A DNA stretch of 64,000 nucleotides from an uncultured Candidatus Saccharibacteria bacterium (GCA_964505005.1 CAZDFQ010000002.1:92310-156309); one strand, 5' to 3'; shown: positions 17,029-26,773, numbered from the stretch's first letter. Notes: generated from the sequence alone by a model not told the origin. Made by a program: numbers and translations.

Positions 17029-17254
17029 AGCAAAAATTTCATACGAACCAGAGGCCGATGTTTTAATGTGGGAAATTACTGACAAGCCGATTGACTATGC
17101 CAGGGAAATTGGCAATGTTGTTGTTCACTTTACTAAAAACAATACACCGGTCTTAATTGAAATTTTAGAAGCCAGCAAATTTTTAGCCAGAACAAGACAT
17201 CTTGTAAAAGAAAGCAAAATTCCACTTAGAAAATCTGTTTTAGCGACTAGATAA
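17012..17254 (+). CDS. DUF2283 family protein, the usual partner (antitoxin-like) of DUF4258
   Basis: ISYEPEADVLMWEITDKPIDYAREIGNVVVHF matches DUF2283 (YDxExDxL). It is translationally coupled to the upstream ORF. Confidence 0.55.
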   Translation: MKNKNKAKISYEPEADVLMWEITDKPIDYAREIGNVVVHFTKNNTPVLIEILEASKFLARTRHLVKESKIPLRKSVLATR

Positions 17255-17345
17255 AAGCCGCCAAACCTGCCTGCGGCAGGCAGGGGGCCGGGAAAACATC
17301 GGCTCGCTTGCCCGCCGAAGCTTCAGCGGAGGAGGGAACCATATT

Positions 17346-17972
17346 TTGATTTTGGAGGAAAGAAAATTTTTAATCCTTATGATAACGGTTATTTTTGATA
17401 CCGATGGGATGGTTATCCGTCGGGAAATGTATTTTAGCCAGCGTTTTTCACAAGAATTCGGCGTACCAATGGAGAAGATACTTCCATTTTTCGAAAATGA
17501 GTTCCAATCGTGTCTTATTGGCAAAGCCGACTTAAAACAAGAGCTGGCGAAATACCTCAATCAATGGGGATGGAAGAAATTAGTTGACGACTTACTCTCA
17601 TATTGGTTTGCCAATGAAAGCGACATAAATAAAAAGATACTCGGAAGCATAAAATCTTTAAGAGATAGAGGCATACATTGTTATCTGGGCACTAATAATG
17701 AAAAATATAGAGTTCAATATCTTTTTGATAATCTCAGCTTGAAGAATTTTTTTGATGGCGTATTTTCTTCTGCTGAACTCGGATTTTTGAAATCGCAACC
17801 GGAATTTTGGCAGGCAGTTTACGACCGCCTGGGTAAACCGGCTAAATCCGAGGTATTGGTCTGGGACGACGATGAAAAGAATGTCGAGTCGGCAAAAAAT
17901 TTCGGTTTTCGCTCCGAGCTTTATTCCAGTTATAATTCCTATGAGAATCGTATGAAATCATTGGTTAGTTAA
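17346..17972 (+). CDS. HAD-superfamily hydrolase
   Basis: VIFDTDGMV (the DxDG motif I) and C-terminal LVWDDDEKNVESAKNFG (motif IV). The true start is probably the internal Met at about 17376. Confidence 0.65.
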   Translation: MILEERKFLILMITVIFDTDGMVIRREMYFSQRFSQEFGVPMEKILPFFENEFQSCLIGKADLKQELAKYLNQWGWKKLVDDLLSYWFANESDINKKILGSIKSLRDRGIHCYLGTNNEKYRVQYLFDNLSLKNFFDGVFSSAELGFLKSQPEFWQAVYDRLGKPAKSEVLVWDDDEKNVESAKNFGFRSELYSSYNSYENRMKSLVS

Positions 17973-18014
17973 TTATTTTTTACTAACGGAGAAATAAAAT
18001 AATTTCTTAATCAT

Positions 18015-18572
18015 ATGAAATTGAAATCTTTTAATGTCGCCATTTATCCTTCGCTGAGAATTTCTAAAAAAGCAATAAATATTAGTAAAAAATTGAAAAA
18101 GAAAGGCGGATTGTTTGTTTTGGATGGCAGAAATTATTTTCCGCACATAACGCTTTATATGACGGAATTTCCGCTAAAGAATGTGCCGAAAATTAGGAAG
18201 TTACTTCGCGAAATTGCTGGTAAAACAAAACCATTCCGCCTGAATTCTTTGAAATATCAGCAGAGCAGAGACGGTTATATTGAAGTTGCATATCGTAAAT
18301 CTAAACCAATCAGAGAATTTCAAAAGAAAATTATCGCTCTTCTGAATCCTTTGCGTGAAGGCCTGTTGCTCCCGAAAGACAAAGCGCAAATAAATAAATT
18401 AAGCAGAATCCGGCAACATAACATCAAGCGCTACGGCTATCGTAGCGTTGGAGCAGAATTTCCCCCTCATTTAACATTTACCAAGTTAGAAAAATTTAAT
18501 AAATCGGCTCTCACAAATATTCCCAAATCGATTTTTTCATTTAAAGTTGATAGAATCGGTCTTTTCTATTGA
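18015..18572 (+). CDS. 2H phosphoesterase superfamily protein (LigT-like 2'-5' RNA ligase / cyclic phosphodiesterase)
   Basis: Two H-x-T/S-x motifs: FPHITLYM and PPHLTFTKL. Confidence 0.6.
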   Translation: MKLKSFNVAIYPSLRISKKAINISKKLKKKGGLFVLDGRNYFPHITLYMTEFPLKNVPKIRKLLREIAGKTKPFRLNSLKYQQSRDGYIEVAYRKSKPIREFQKKIIALLNPLREGLLLPKDKAQINKLSRIRQHNIKRYGYRSVGAEFPPHLTFTKLEKFNKSALTNIPKSIFSFKVDRIGLFY

Positions 18573-18622
18573 GGCGATTATGGTACTTGCCGTAAATTGA
18601 TAGAAATTTTTGATTTGTCATA

Positions 18623-19126
18623 ATGGACATCCTCTCCCATTCTTTGCTCGGCGCCGCGGTGGTGGCTGACAAAAATCTTCTGTTGCCAGCTTTGGTTTTT
18701 GGCGCCGGGCCGGATTTGCTGAACGGCCTCCCGACTCATCTTTATATGATTCGGAAATTGCGCGCTGAAGGAAAGGAGTGGCCGGAGGTTTTTCGTTCTC
18801 TGGTTACGCCTTATGAGTGGCAAAAAGCGCCTTCTTGGACTCACACGCTTTATCTTAACTTGCATAGTTTGTTTTTCGCCTTTTTGCTGGCCGGCGCTCT
18901 TTATTTTTTCTATCCGGCCTGGCTCATTTTGATGAAGGCCTGGTTTCTTCACATCGGCCTCGATTTCTTTCTTCATCGCGGTTGGTTCGGCATCAAGCCC
19001 TTCTATCCCTTGAGCAACTATCAGTTCAATTTGGTCAACTGGTTCGAGACGCCGCTGAAATATCTGGCCCTGCCGCTTTCTTTAATTGTTTTCATAGCGG
19101 TCTATTTCAGCGGTTGGTTTCGATAG
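18623..19126 (+). CDS. Membrane-bound metal-dependent hydrolase-like protein (DUF457/YdjM family)
   Basis: MDILSHSLLGAAVV N-terminus and a multi-TM body. The antisense ORF 18578-18976 is rejected. Confidence 0.5.
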   Translation: MDILSHSLLGAAVVADKNLLLPALVFGAGPDLLNGLPTHLYMIRKLRAEGKEWPEVFRSLVTPYEWQKAPSWTHTLYLNLHSLFFAFLLAGALYFFYPAWLILMKAWFLHIGLDFFLHRGWFGIKPFYPLSNYQFNLVNWFETPLKYLALPLSLIVFIAVYFSGWFR

Positions 19127-19179
19127 CCCAATGTTCAGGACGATTGAGCGTTTTGTTCTAATTTGGTAGATTAGCCGTA

Positions 19180-19701
19180 ATGCAGGAATACTTTACCGAA
19201 GCCCTGGTTTTGGATAAAGAACCCAACGGCGATTTGGACAGCCGAATAATTATTTTAACCAAGAATTTCGGCAAGTTGATTGCCAAAGCCAAGAGCGCCA
19301 GGAGAATAACTTCTAAGTTGGCCGGGCATCTCGAACCGACTAATTTCATCAAAGTGCGTTTGGTTGAAAAAAACGGGCTTCAGATCGTCGATGCCCTGAA
19401 AACATCGCGGTCAAAAATTCCGCTGGCTGATTTATATTTTTTAAGCCAGCTTTTAGCCGAAGGGGAGCCGGAACCGGCAATCTGGGATTTGCTTTTCAAA
19501 AAAGAGTTTTCTTGGCCAAAAGCCCTGAAAATTTTGGGCTGGGACCCGGATTCGGCTTCTTGCGCGAGCTGTCCGGCTAAAGCCGCATCTTTTCATTTAA
19601 AAACTCAGGAATTTTTTTGCCAGAAGTGCCTGCCTGGCGTCTTCCGGCAGACAGGCTCTTCTAAAATTCCGGCAGCCGAGGTAATATATCTTAATAAATA
19701 A
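19180..19701 (+). CDS. recO: DNA repair protein RecO (short form with C4 zinc motif)
   Basis: TEALVLDKEPNGDLDSRIIILTKNFGKLIAKAKSARR (OB-fold N-terminus) plus CASCP...CQKC. Confidence 0.65.
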   Translation: MQEYFTEALVLDKEPNGDLDSRIIILTKNFGKLIAKAKSARRITSKLAGHLEPTNFIKVRLVEKNGLQIVDALKTSRSKIPLADLYFLSQLLAEGEPEPAIWDLLFKKEFSWPKALKILGWDPDSASCASCPAKAASFHLKTQEFFCQKCLPGVFRQTGSSKIPAAEVIYLNK

Positions 19702-19932
19702 GAGATGTGAACGTTGCTCATGTTTTCCCGCCAGCAGTTTGTCCGAAAATACGCTATCAATTTCCCCGGCGAGGAATTTGCGTTCGCTTCCCGCCCGCCT
19801 GAGTTGCTCTCCCTGCCCGCCCCGCGTTGCGGAGCAAGGCAGGCGGGAGGCAAGTCGGGCGCGGTCGGCCCGCGCGAGGGTTTTCTTAACAAGCCGTTGG
19901 CGACCGAGATAAAATCTATTAGGACTTCAAAA

Positions 19933-21648
19933 ATGAAGAGATTTCTCAAGGCTTTCATTCTGATTGTCTTAATCGCTGGCGCGGGCTGGGCTTATTATTA
20001 CTTTTTTATCAGAGTGCCCCGGCCGAATGTCGGTTTGGAATTTTCCAAACCAAGCCAAGTGCTGGTCGGTCAACCGTTCACCATCGGCGTTTCTTTTTCC
20101 AATTATTCCGACCAGATTCTCAAAAACGCCAGATTGTCGGTTATTCTGCCGGACGGTATTTCTTTTTTGAACGGCACGGCCGGCCAGCGGATTATGGAGC
20201 AGGCCATCGGCGACATCGGGCCGGGCAGCATTAATCAGCAGAGCTTTAACTTAATCGTTTTGAGCGGCAGTCAGACCCTTAAACATCTTGACGCCAAACT
20301 CAGCTACGAAACTGCCGGTTCCTCAGCCGAATTCGAAAGCCAGAGCGGCCTTGACATTCCGGTGGGTCAGTCGGCAATAACGCTCAGCTTCGACATTCCC
20401 CAAAATGTGTTTAGCGGCGCGGATTTCGACCTGACAGTCCGTTACGAAAATAATTCATCCCAGGATTTTAAGAACCTTCGTTTGCGGCTCGATTATCCGC
20501 CTCTTTTCAAATTCAAGAAAGCCGCTCCCGAGGTTTCAACCGCCAATAATCAATGGGATTTTGGAGGTGTTCCTGGGGGAGCGAGCAGCAGCGTCACCAT
20601 CAGCGGCAGCTTAACCGGCCCTGAAGGTTCCTATTACAATTTTCGCGGCATCGTAACCGCTGATTTTTTGGGGCAAAGCTATACGATTTCCGAACAAACC
20701 GCCAATATCTCTCTCTCGGCTTCACCGCTGTCAATAACACCCTCGGTCAATAATTCTTCTGATTATATTTCTCGTTTTGCCGATGATTTGAACTACAAAT
20801 TGCGCTACAGAAACAATTCCAACGCTGTTTTTGAAAATGTCACCATTAAAGCCACTCTTAGCGGAGAACTTTTCGATTTTTCGACGCTCAGGACCAATGG
20901 TTCGTTCGATCCAGCAACAAAAACTCTTACCTGGTTTACGGCTAACACGCCAGCGCTCGCGGCTCTACTGCCCGGCCAGGAAGGCGACGTAACTTTTGAA
21001 ATAAAGCTGAAAAATAATTTCCCCCTTCGGCGGTTGAGCGACAAAAATTATGTTCTGAAACTTCATAATGAGATTAATTCACCAACCGTCCCCCAAGGTA
21101 CGAAAGCCCAACAGACCATCTCCATTGCCGATTTGGAGACAAAAGTGGCTGGTCAACTGGGGCTGAATGCCAAAGCTTTTTGGCGCGACGCTTCTTCGGG
21201 CATTTTGAACAAAGGCCCTTATCCGCCGGTGGTTAATCAGCCGACCCAATACACGATTCACTGGCAGGTCGCCAATTACGCAACCGATGTCAGCGGCGCC
21301 GAGGTGAGCGCTTATCTTCAGTCCGGCAGCCGCTGGACCGGAGTGGTGAAATCGAACACTGACAGCCAGCCGACCTACAACCCTTCCAGCGGCAAGGTCA
21401 TCTGGAACATCGGGAACATTATGGCCACCAAGGGCGTTATCAATGCGCCCCTGGAAGCGATTTTCCAGATTGAATTGACGCCGGCGGCCAATCAAATCAA
21501 TCAGCTGATTACTTTTTTGGGCGAGACGGCGATTCAAGCCCAGGACACTTTTACCGGTTTGACTCTGAACGTTTCGACGCCGGCATTGACTACGGCTCTG
21601 CCTGATGATACAACGATTACCACGCAGAACCGGGGAGTAAAGCAGTAA
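19933..21648 (+). CDS. Large N-terminally anchored surface protein with repeated beta-sandwich-like segments (571 aa)
   Basis: The true start is probably MKRFLKAFILIVLIAGAGWAYYYFF (a TM anchor). The upstream part of the track ORF 19714-19932 overlaps a repeat element. Ser/Thr/Asn-rich extracellular body with recurring SGS/SxS motifs. Confidence 0.5.
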   Translation: MKRFLKAFILIVLIAGAGWAYYYFFIRVPRPNVGLEFSKPSQVLVGQPFTIGVSFSNYSDQILKNARLSVILPDGISFLNGTAGQRIMEQAIGDIGPGSINQQSFNLIVLSGSQTLKHLDAKLSYETAGSSAEFESQSGLDIPVGQSAITLSFDIPQNVFSGADFDLTVRYENNSSQDFKNLRLRLDYPPLFKFKKAAPEVSTANNQWDFGGVPGGASSSVTISGSLTGPEGSYYNFRGIVTADFLGQSYTISEQTANISLSASPLSITPSVNNSSDYISRFADDLNYKLRYRNNSNAVFENVTIKATLSGELFDFSTLRTNGSFDPATKTLTWFTANTPALAALLPGQEGDVTFEIKLKNNFPLRRLSDKNYVLKLHNEINSPTVPQGTKAQQTISIADLETKVAGQLGLNAKAFWRDASSGILNKGPYPPVVNQPTQYTIHWQVANYATDVSGAEVSAYLQSGSRWTGVVKSNTDSQPTYNPSSGKVIWNIGNIMATKGVINAPLEAIFQIELTPAANQINQLITFLGETAIQAQDTFTGLTLNVSTPALTTALPDDTTITTQNRGVKQ

Positions 21649-21687
21649 TATTAGAATGTAGAAAATAGAAAGTAGAATGTAGTGAAT

Positions 21688-23025
21688 ATGGCAGAGAAAT
21701 CAATGGAGAAAATAGTATCACTGGCGAAACGGCGGGGCTTTATTTTCCCAGGCTCAGAAATATACGGCGGCTTGGCCGGCACCTGGGACTACGGCCCTCT
21801 GGGGGTGGAATTGAAAAACAACATCAAAGCCGCCTGGTGGAAACATTTTGTTCAAAGCCGCGACGATATGTACGGCCTTGATTCGGCTATTTTGATGAAT
21901 CCCAAAGTTTGGGAATCTTCCGGCCATGTCGAAGGTTTTGTTGACCCGATGATTGATTGTAAGTCCTGCAAGTCGCGGTTTCGAGCCGACCATTTGGCCG
22001 AGGGGAAGTACGGTGAGGTAAAAACAATCAATGGCCAGCCGGCTTGCCCGGTCTGCGGTCAAACCGAACTGACCGAGGCGCGGAAATTCAACATGATGTT
22101 TAAAACCTTTATCGGGCCGATGGAAGAAACCGCCAGCCAGATTTATCTAAGGCCGGAAAACGCCCAGGGCATGTTCGTTGATTTCAAAAGCGTTTTAGAC
22201 ACGATGCATCCGAAACTGCCCTTTGGCATTGCCCAAATCGGCCGGGCTTTCCGGAACGAAATCACGCCCGGCGATTTCGTTTTCCGGGTGCGCGAATTCG
22301 ATTTGATGGAATTCGAATATTTCATCCATCCCCAAGATTGGGAGAAATTGTTTGAAATGTGGCTTGAAGAAATCAGAAAATGGGGGGATTTTTTGGGGCT
22401 GGACCGGAAAAAATTTTATTACCATGAGATTCCGGACAACGAGCGCGCTCACTATTCCAAACGGACCATTGACATTGAATATGAGTTTCCTTTTGGAATG
22501 AAAGAAGTGTGGGCCATTGCCTACCGGACGGATTACGACCTGAAGCGGCACGAAGAATATTCAGGCAAGGATTTGAGCTATTACGACGAAAAAACCGGCG
22601 AGAAATTCGTGCCGCATGTTCTGGAGCCGACTTTCGGCTTGGACCGCACGGTCCTGGCCGTCATAAGCGAGGGCTATACCGAGGAAAAAGACCGAATCGT
22701 TTTGAAATTATCGCCGAAAATCGCGCCTTACAAAGCAGCGGTTTTCCCGTTATTGGCCAATAAACCGGAACTGGTGAAACTGGCGCGGAAAATTTACGAC
22801 GAATTGCGCAAAGATCCGCCAGCCGGCGGAATGGTGGCCTGGGACGACCGCGGCAACATCGGCAAAAGATATTATTCCCAGGATGAAATCGGCACGCCAT
22901 TCTGTATCACCGTTGATTTTAAAAGTTTGGAGAAAGATGGTGTGACAGTCCGCGACCGCGACACTATGAAACAAGAAAGGATAAAAATCGAAAATATTAT
23001 TGAGTATCTTTCCGAAAAAATTTAG
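21688..23025 (+). CDS. glyQS: Glycyl-tRNA synthetase (dimeric class II GlyQS type)
   Basis: RRGFIFPGSEIYGGLAGTWDYGPLGVELKNNIKAAWWK and FRNEITPGDFVFRVREFDLMEFEYF. Confidence 0.9.
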   Translation: MAEKSMEKIVSLAKRRGFIFPGSEIYGGLAGTWDYGPLGVELKNNIKAAWWKHFVQSRDDMYGLDSAILMNPKVWESSGHVEGFVDPMIDCKSCKSRFRADHLAEGKYGEVKTINGQPACPVCGQTELTEARKFNMMFKTFIGPMEETASQIYLRPENAQGMFVDFKSVLDTMHPKLPFGIAQIGRAFRNEITPGDFVFRVREFDLMEFEYFIHPQDWEKLFEMWLEEIRKWGDFLGLDRKKFYYHEIPDNERAHYSKRTIDIEYEFPFGMKEVWAIAYRTDYDLKRHEEYSGKDLSYYDEKTGEKFVPHVLEPTFGLDRTVLAVISEGYTEEKDRIVLKLSPKIAPYKAAVFPLLANKPELVKLARKIYDELRKDPPAGGMVAWDDRGNIGKRYYSQDEIGTPFCITVDFKSLEKDGVTVRDRDTMKQERIKIENIIEYLSEKI

Positions 23026-23060
23026 ATGTCTAACGTGAACAAGTCGGTCTAGCGCGGATT

Positions 23061-24137
23061 TTGCCACCTCGGATTTACATGAAGAACACGATAGGAATAA
23101 AAAACCCCTTTGGCGCGCTAAGACGTGCAATCGTTGGGATTGTCGATGGCGCCGCCGTACCGACTCTTCATAAAGCGATGATTCCGACTTTACCCCAGAA
23201 ATATCTGTATTTTTTTAAGCAGAATGCAGGCAAGCCATTCCCCGAAAAATATGTTGAAGAAGCAAAAAAAGAACTCGAAAATTTTGTCGGGATTTTAGAG
23301 GGAGAGGACGTGATCGTAGATAGGCCTGACAAGATTGATTTCTCGAAACCCTTTATAACTCCGCATTGGTCGGAGCCAAGCGGGCTGTATGCCGCTATGC
23401 CTCGGGATATACTGCTTGTTGTAAAGAATAAAATTATCGTTGCGCCTATGTCTTGGAGGTGTCGCTACAGAGAAATCGAAGCATATCTCGATTTACTGAC
23501 GCGGTATAAAGAATTCGGGTACGAAATTGTTATCGCCCCCAGACCGGAATTAAAAGACGATTTATATGAACCGGTTGCGGGCGACATCGGAGATACATTT
23601 GAGCCGGTACTCAACGGAAGCGAACCGGTATTTGATGCGGCGGATTTTATTGTGTTAGATAAAATAATAATAGGCCAGAAAAGTCTTGTTACTAACGATG
23701 CTGGGATTAACTGGTTAAAGAGAGAAGTCAGCAATGATTTCAAAATATATATACTGAAATTTAACGACCCCCATCCAATGCATATCGATGCCACATTTCT
23801 GCCGTTGCGGGAAGGCCTTATTCTTATAAATCCTGAGCGAGTGGACGCCGAAACAGTACGTGCTCAACTGCCAACAGAAATAAAATCGTGGGAATTTGTA
23901 GAGGCTCCTTTTCCTGTCATGAAGAGTGATTCCCCGCCGAGGTTTTTTAGCAGCGACTGGTTAAATATGAACATTCTAATGCTGAATTTAAGCATGGCCA
24001 TAGTTGAGGAGAATCAAACGCCCCTGATTACGTTACTCGGGGAGCGCGGTATCAAAGCGATTAGTTGTCCTTTTCAATACTTTCAATGCTTTGGGGGGTC
24101 GTTTCACTGTGCTGTGGTTGAAACTAGCCGGCTATGA
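23061..24137 (+). CDS. Amidinotransferase/DDAH/arginine-deiminase superfamily enzyme (C-terminal GGxxHC catalytic motif)
   Basis: The C-terminus ...CFGGSFHCAVVETSR matches the GGGxHC catalytic-Cys motif of the GME/pentein fold. Confidence 0.45.
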   Translation: MPPRIYMKNTIGIKNPFGALRRAIVGIVDGAAVPTLHKAMIPTLPQKYLYFFKQNAGKPFPEKYVEEAKKELENFVGILEGEDVIVDRPDKIDFSKPFITPHWSEPSGLYAAMPRDILLVVKNKIIVAPMSWRCRYREIEAYLDLLTRYKEFGYEIVIAPRPELKDDLYEPVAGDIGDTFEPVLNGSEPVFDAADFIVLDKIIIGQKSLVTNDAGINWLKREVSNDFKIYILKFNDPHPMHIDATFLPLREGLILINPERVDAETVRAQLPTEIKSWEFVEAPFPVMKSDSPPRFFSSDWLNMNILMLNLSMAIVEENQTPLITLLGERGIKAISCPFQYFQCFGGSFHCAVVETSRL

Positions 24138-25468
24138 AGTTTCTAATCCGCGGCGGCCAGAAATTGAGCGGCGAAATCAACGTCAGCGGCGCCAAAAATT
24201 CCGTGCTCAAAGGAATGGCTGCCTCGGTTTTGTCAGCCAAGCCGGTTATCCTGGACAATGTGCCCTTAATTGAGGACGTTTTCCGGATGCGGGAATTACT
24301 GGAGCATCTCGGCGCTGAAGTGGCCATACCTGCCGGTAGACAGGGAGAAGGCGGCCCGCTTCGCCCGCCCGCTCCGACTCGGAATCGAGGCGAGCGAAGC
24401 GAGGCGAGCCGAACGCTTCGAATCAATCCCTCTTCAATCAAAAAAACCGAACTTAAAAACGAGATTGCTGAACGGCTCCGGGCTTCGATTGTTCTGGCTG
24501 GCCCGGTGCTCGCCCGTTTGGGAAAAGTAAGTTTTCCTCACCCGGGCGGCTGCGTTATCGGCAAAAGACCAATTGATGTTTTTTTGGCTGGCTGGCAGGC
24601 CATGGGCGCTAAGGTCCGGGAAAGCCAAGCTGGTTTTCTGGTTTCGGCCCGAAAATTAAAAGGCAAGGATTTTACTTTCCGCCTGGTCAGCGTTACCGGC
24701 ACGGAAACTTTGATGTTGACCGCGGCTTTGGCCTATGGCAAAACTGTTTTGCGGAATGCCGCGATGGAGCCCGAAATCCCTCACTTGGCGGAATTTCTTA
24801 ACGACTCCGGCGTGAAAATCTCCGGGGCCGGCACCCCGACCATTGAAATTATCGGCAGTAATGGCCGCCTGCTCCATCCCAAAAGTCCTTTTCAAGTCCT
24901 TAGTGACCGGATTGAAGCCGGCAGTTTTCTGATTCTGGGCGCGGCTTTGGGAAGAAAACTGAAAGTAGTTAACTGCATCCCGGAACATCTGACGGCTTTA
25001 ATCGCCGCGCTGCAGGAAGCTGGTGTCGGACTGGAGATTGGTCAGGACTGGATTTCTGTCAGTCAGCCGCGAAAATTAAAAGCCGTGGATGTCCGGACTC
25101 ATGAATACCCCGGCTTCCCAACTGACCTTCAGGCGCCTTGGGCGGTGCTGATGACTCAAGCCCAGGGAGACAGCTTGATTTTCGAAACGATTTTTGAAGG
25201 CCGATTTTCTTACATCGAAGAACTAAAGAGAATGGGCGCGAAAATTTTGACGCTTGACGAGCACCGCATTTTGGTCAAAGGCCCGGCTCATCTTCGCGGC
25301 CGGGAAATTGAAAGCCCGGACTTGCGGGCTGGCTTGGCTTTTGTCATTGCGGCTTTGCTCGCCAAAGGAGAATCAGTAATCAACAACATTTATCAAATCG
25401 ACCGCGGCTACGAAAAAATCGACGAGCGGCTGAAAAATTTAGGCGCGGACATTTCTCGTCTCAGCTGA
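24134..25468 (+). CDS. murA: UDP-N-acetylglucosamine 1-carboxyvinyltransferase MurA, carrying an in-frame ~28-aa repeat-derived insertion
   Basis: MKFLIRGGQKLSGEINVSGAKNSVLK...FPHPGGCVIGKRPIDVFL (catalytic Cys loop) ...LRAGLAFVIAAL. Confidence 0.85.
   Translation: MKFLIRGGQKLSGEINVSGAKNSVLKGMAASVLSAKPVILDNVPLIEDVFRMRELLEHLGAEVAIPAGRQGEGGPLRPPAPTRNRGERSEASRTLRINPSSIKKTELKNEIAERLRASIVLAGPVLARLGKVSFPHPGGCVIGKRPIDVFLAGWQAMGAKVRESQAGFLVSARKLKGKDFTFRLVSVTGTETLMLTAALAYGKTVLRNAAMEPEIPHLAEFLNDSGVKISGAGTPTIEIIGSNGRLLHPKSPFQVLSDRIEAGSFLILGAALGRKLKVVNCIPEHLTALIAALQEAGVGLEIGQDWISVSQPRKLKAVDVRTHEYPGFPTDLQAPWAVLMTQAQGDSLIFETIFEGRFSYIEELKRMGAKILTLDEHRILVKGPAHLRGREIESPDLRAGLAFVIAALLAKGESVINNIYQIDRGYEKIDERLKNLGADISRLS
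24341..24425. repeat. GC-rich palindromic insertion inside murA, encoding QGEGGPLRPPAPTRNRGERSEASRTLRI
   Basis: cgcttcgcccgcccgctccgactcggaatcgaggcgagcgaagcg forms a stem (cgcttcgc/gcgaagcg). It shares cgcccgcccgc with the 50613 element family and cgctccgactc with the mnmA insert. MurA homologs have about 20 residues here; this one has about 50. Confidence 0.55.
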
Positions 25469-25631
25469 AGTTTTTCTTTGCCTCTATTTTAGGTTTATAA
25501 GCGATTTTATTTACTATTATTATATCACATATGTGATTTAGTAATAGTAACTATTTTTAAGCAAACCCTTCCCCTTTTCAAAAATAAATTCAAACATTGT
25601 TTTTTAAAGGTGAGTCGTATTATACTTATTT

Positions 25632-26642
25632 TTGATGTTCACCAGACAAATCGGCATTGATTTAGGTACGGCTAATACCGTGGTTTTTGTGCCTGGCAAA
25701 GGGTTCATTATCAACGAGCCGACCATCGTGGCCTTGCGCAAGCCGGACAATTCTGTTCTGGCGGTCGGCGTTGAAGCCAAAGAGATGCTCGGTCGCACGC
25801 CCGAAGAAATTACGGCTTACAAACCTCTCAAAGACGGCGTCATTGCTGATTATTACATCACTAAGGCGCTCCTTACTTATTTCATTTCCAAAGCCATTGG
25901 TCGGCTGAATTTTTTCAAACCTGATGTGATTGTTTCTGTCCCAGCAGGTGTGACCCAAACTGAGCGCCGAGCCGTCATCAATGCGACTTTGGAAGCCGGC
26001 GCCCGGAATGCTTTCATTGTTCGCGAACCAGTTTTGGCGGCTTTGGGCGCGGGTATCCCCATCAATGCCCGGTCCGGCCATATGGTGGTCAACATCGGCG
26101 GCGGCACTTCTGAAGTAACGGTCATTGCCCTCGGCAGCATCGTTGCCTGGACCAGTTTGCGAGTGGCTGGCAATAAATTCGACCAGGCCATCGCCGATTA
26201 TGTAAAGAAAAAATATTCTTTAGCTATCGGCGAACAGACCGCCGAACAGATAAAAATCGAAATCGGCGCCGCCTTGCCGACCAAGGAAAGGATGGAATAT
26301 CAATTCCGCGGTCGCAACTTAATTACCGGCCTGCCCAAAGACATGATTATTAATGGCAATGAAATCGCCGAAGCCCTTAATCCTTTCTTAACGGAAATCG
26401 TCGGTTCAGTGCAGACGGTTTTTAATGTCACTCCGCCGGAACTGGTGGCTGACATTATGGAAAAGGGGATTATTCTTTCCGGCGGCAGCGCCCAACTCCA
26501 TTATTTGCCGGAATTTTTCGAAAGATACTTGGGGGTTTCCACCTATGTTGCCGAAGACCCGCTCTTCTGCGTGGCCAAAGGTACTGGCCTGATTCTCGAG
26601 CATCTGGATAAGTATAAGCAGACGCTTTTAAATAAAAGATAA
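25632..26642 (+). CDS. mreB: Rod shape-determining protein MreB
   Basis: IGIDLGTANTVVFVPGKGFIINEPTIVAL; actin-like ATPase. Confidence 0.9.
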   Translation: MMFTRQIGIDLGTANTVVFVPGKGFIINEPTIVALRKPDNSVLAVGVEAKEMLGRTPEEITAYKPLKDGVIADYYITKALLTYFISKAIGRLNFFKPDVIVSVPAGVTQTERRAVINATLEAGARNAFIVREPVLAALGAGIPINARSGHMVVNIGGGTSEVTVIALGSIVAWTSLRVAGNKFDQAIADYVKKKYSLAIGEQTAEQIKIEIGAALPTKERMEYQFRGRNLITGLPKDMIINGNEIAEALNPFLTEIVGSVQTVFNVTPPELVADIMEKGIILSGGSAQLHYLPEFFERYLGVSTYVAEDPLFCVAKGTGLILEHLDKYKQTLLNKR

Positions 26643-26757
26643 AATCTTAAATCCAAAGCTTAAATGTCAAATCAAATCCAAAATCCCAATGACAAAAAAT
26701 TTGGATTTTGGGCTTGAGGCTTGATTTGAAATTTGGATTTTGATATTCGGATTTTCA
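26643..26757. repeat. AT-rich nested-palindrome MITE-like element (aaatccaaa / tttggattt family), copy 1
   Basis: About 85% identical to 34322-34435. Internal dyads ccaaaatcccaa...tttggattttggg. Confidence 0.6.
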
Positions 26758-26773
26758 TTAGAAATTTAGTTTT

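Noticed and set aside
18578-18976. 132-aa minus-strand ORF
   Set aside because: Overlaps the DUF457-family + strand gene, which is supported by family motifs. The minus product is low-complexity, basic.
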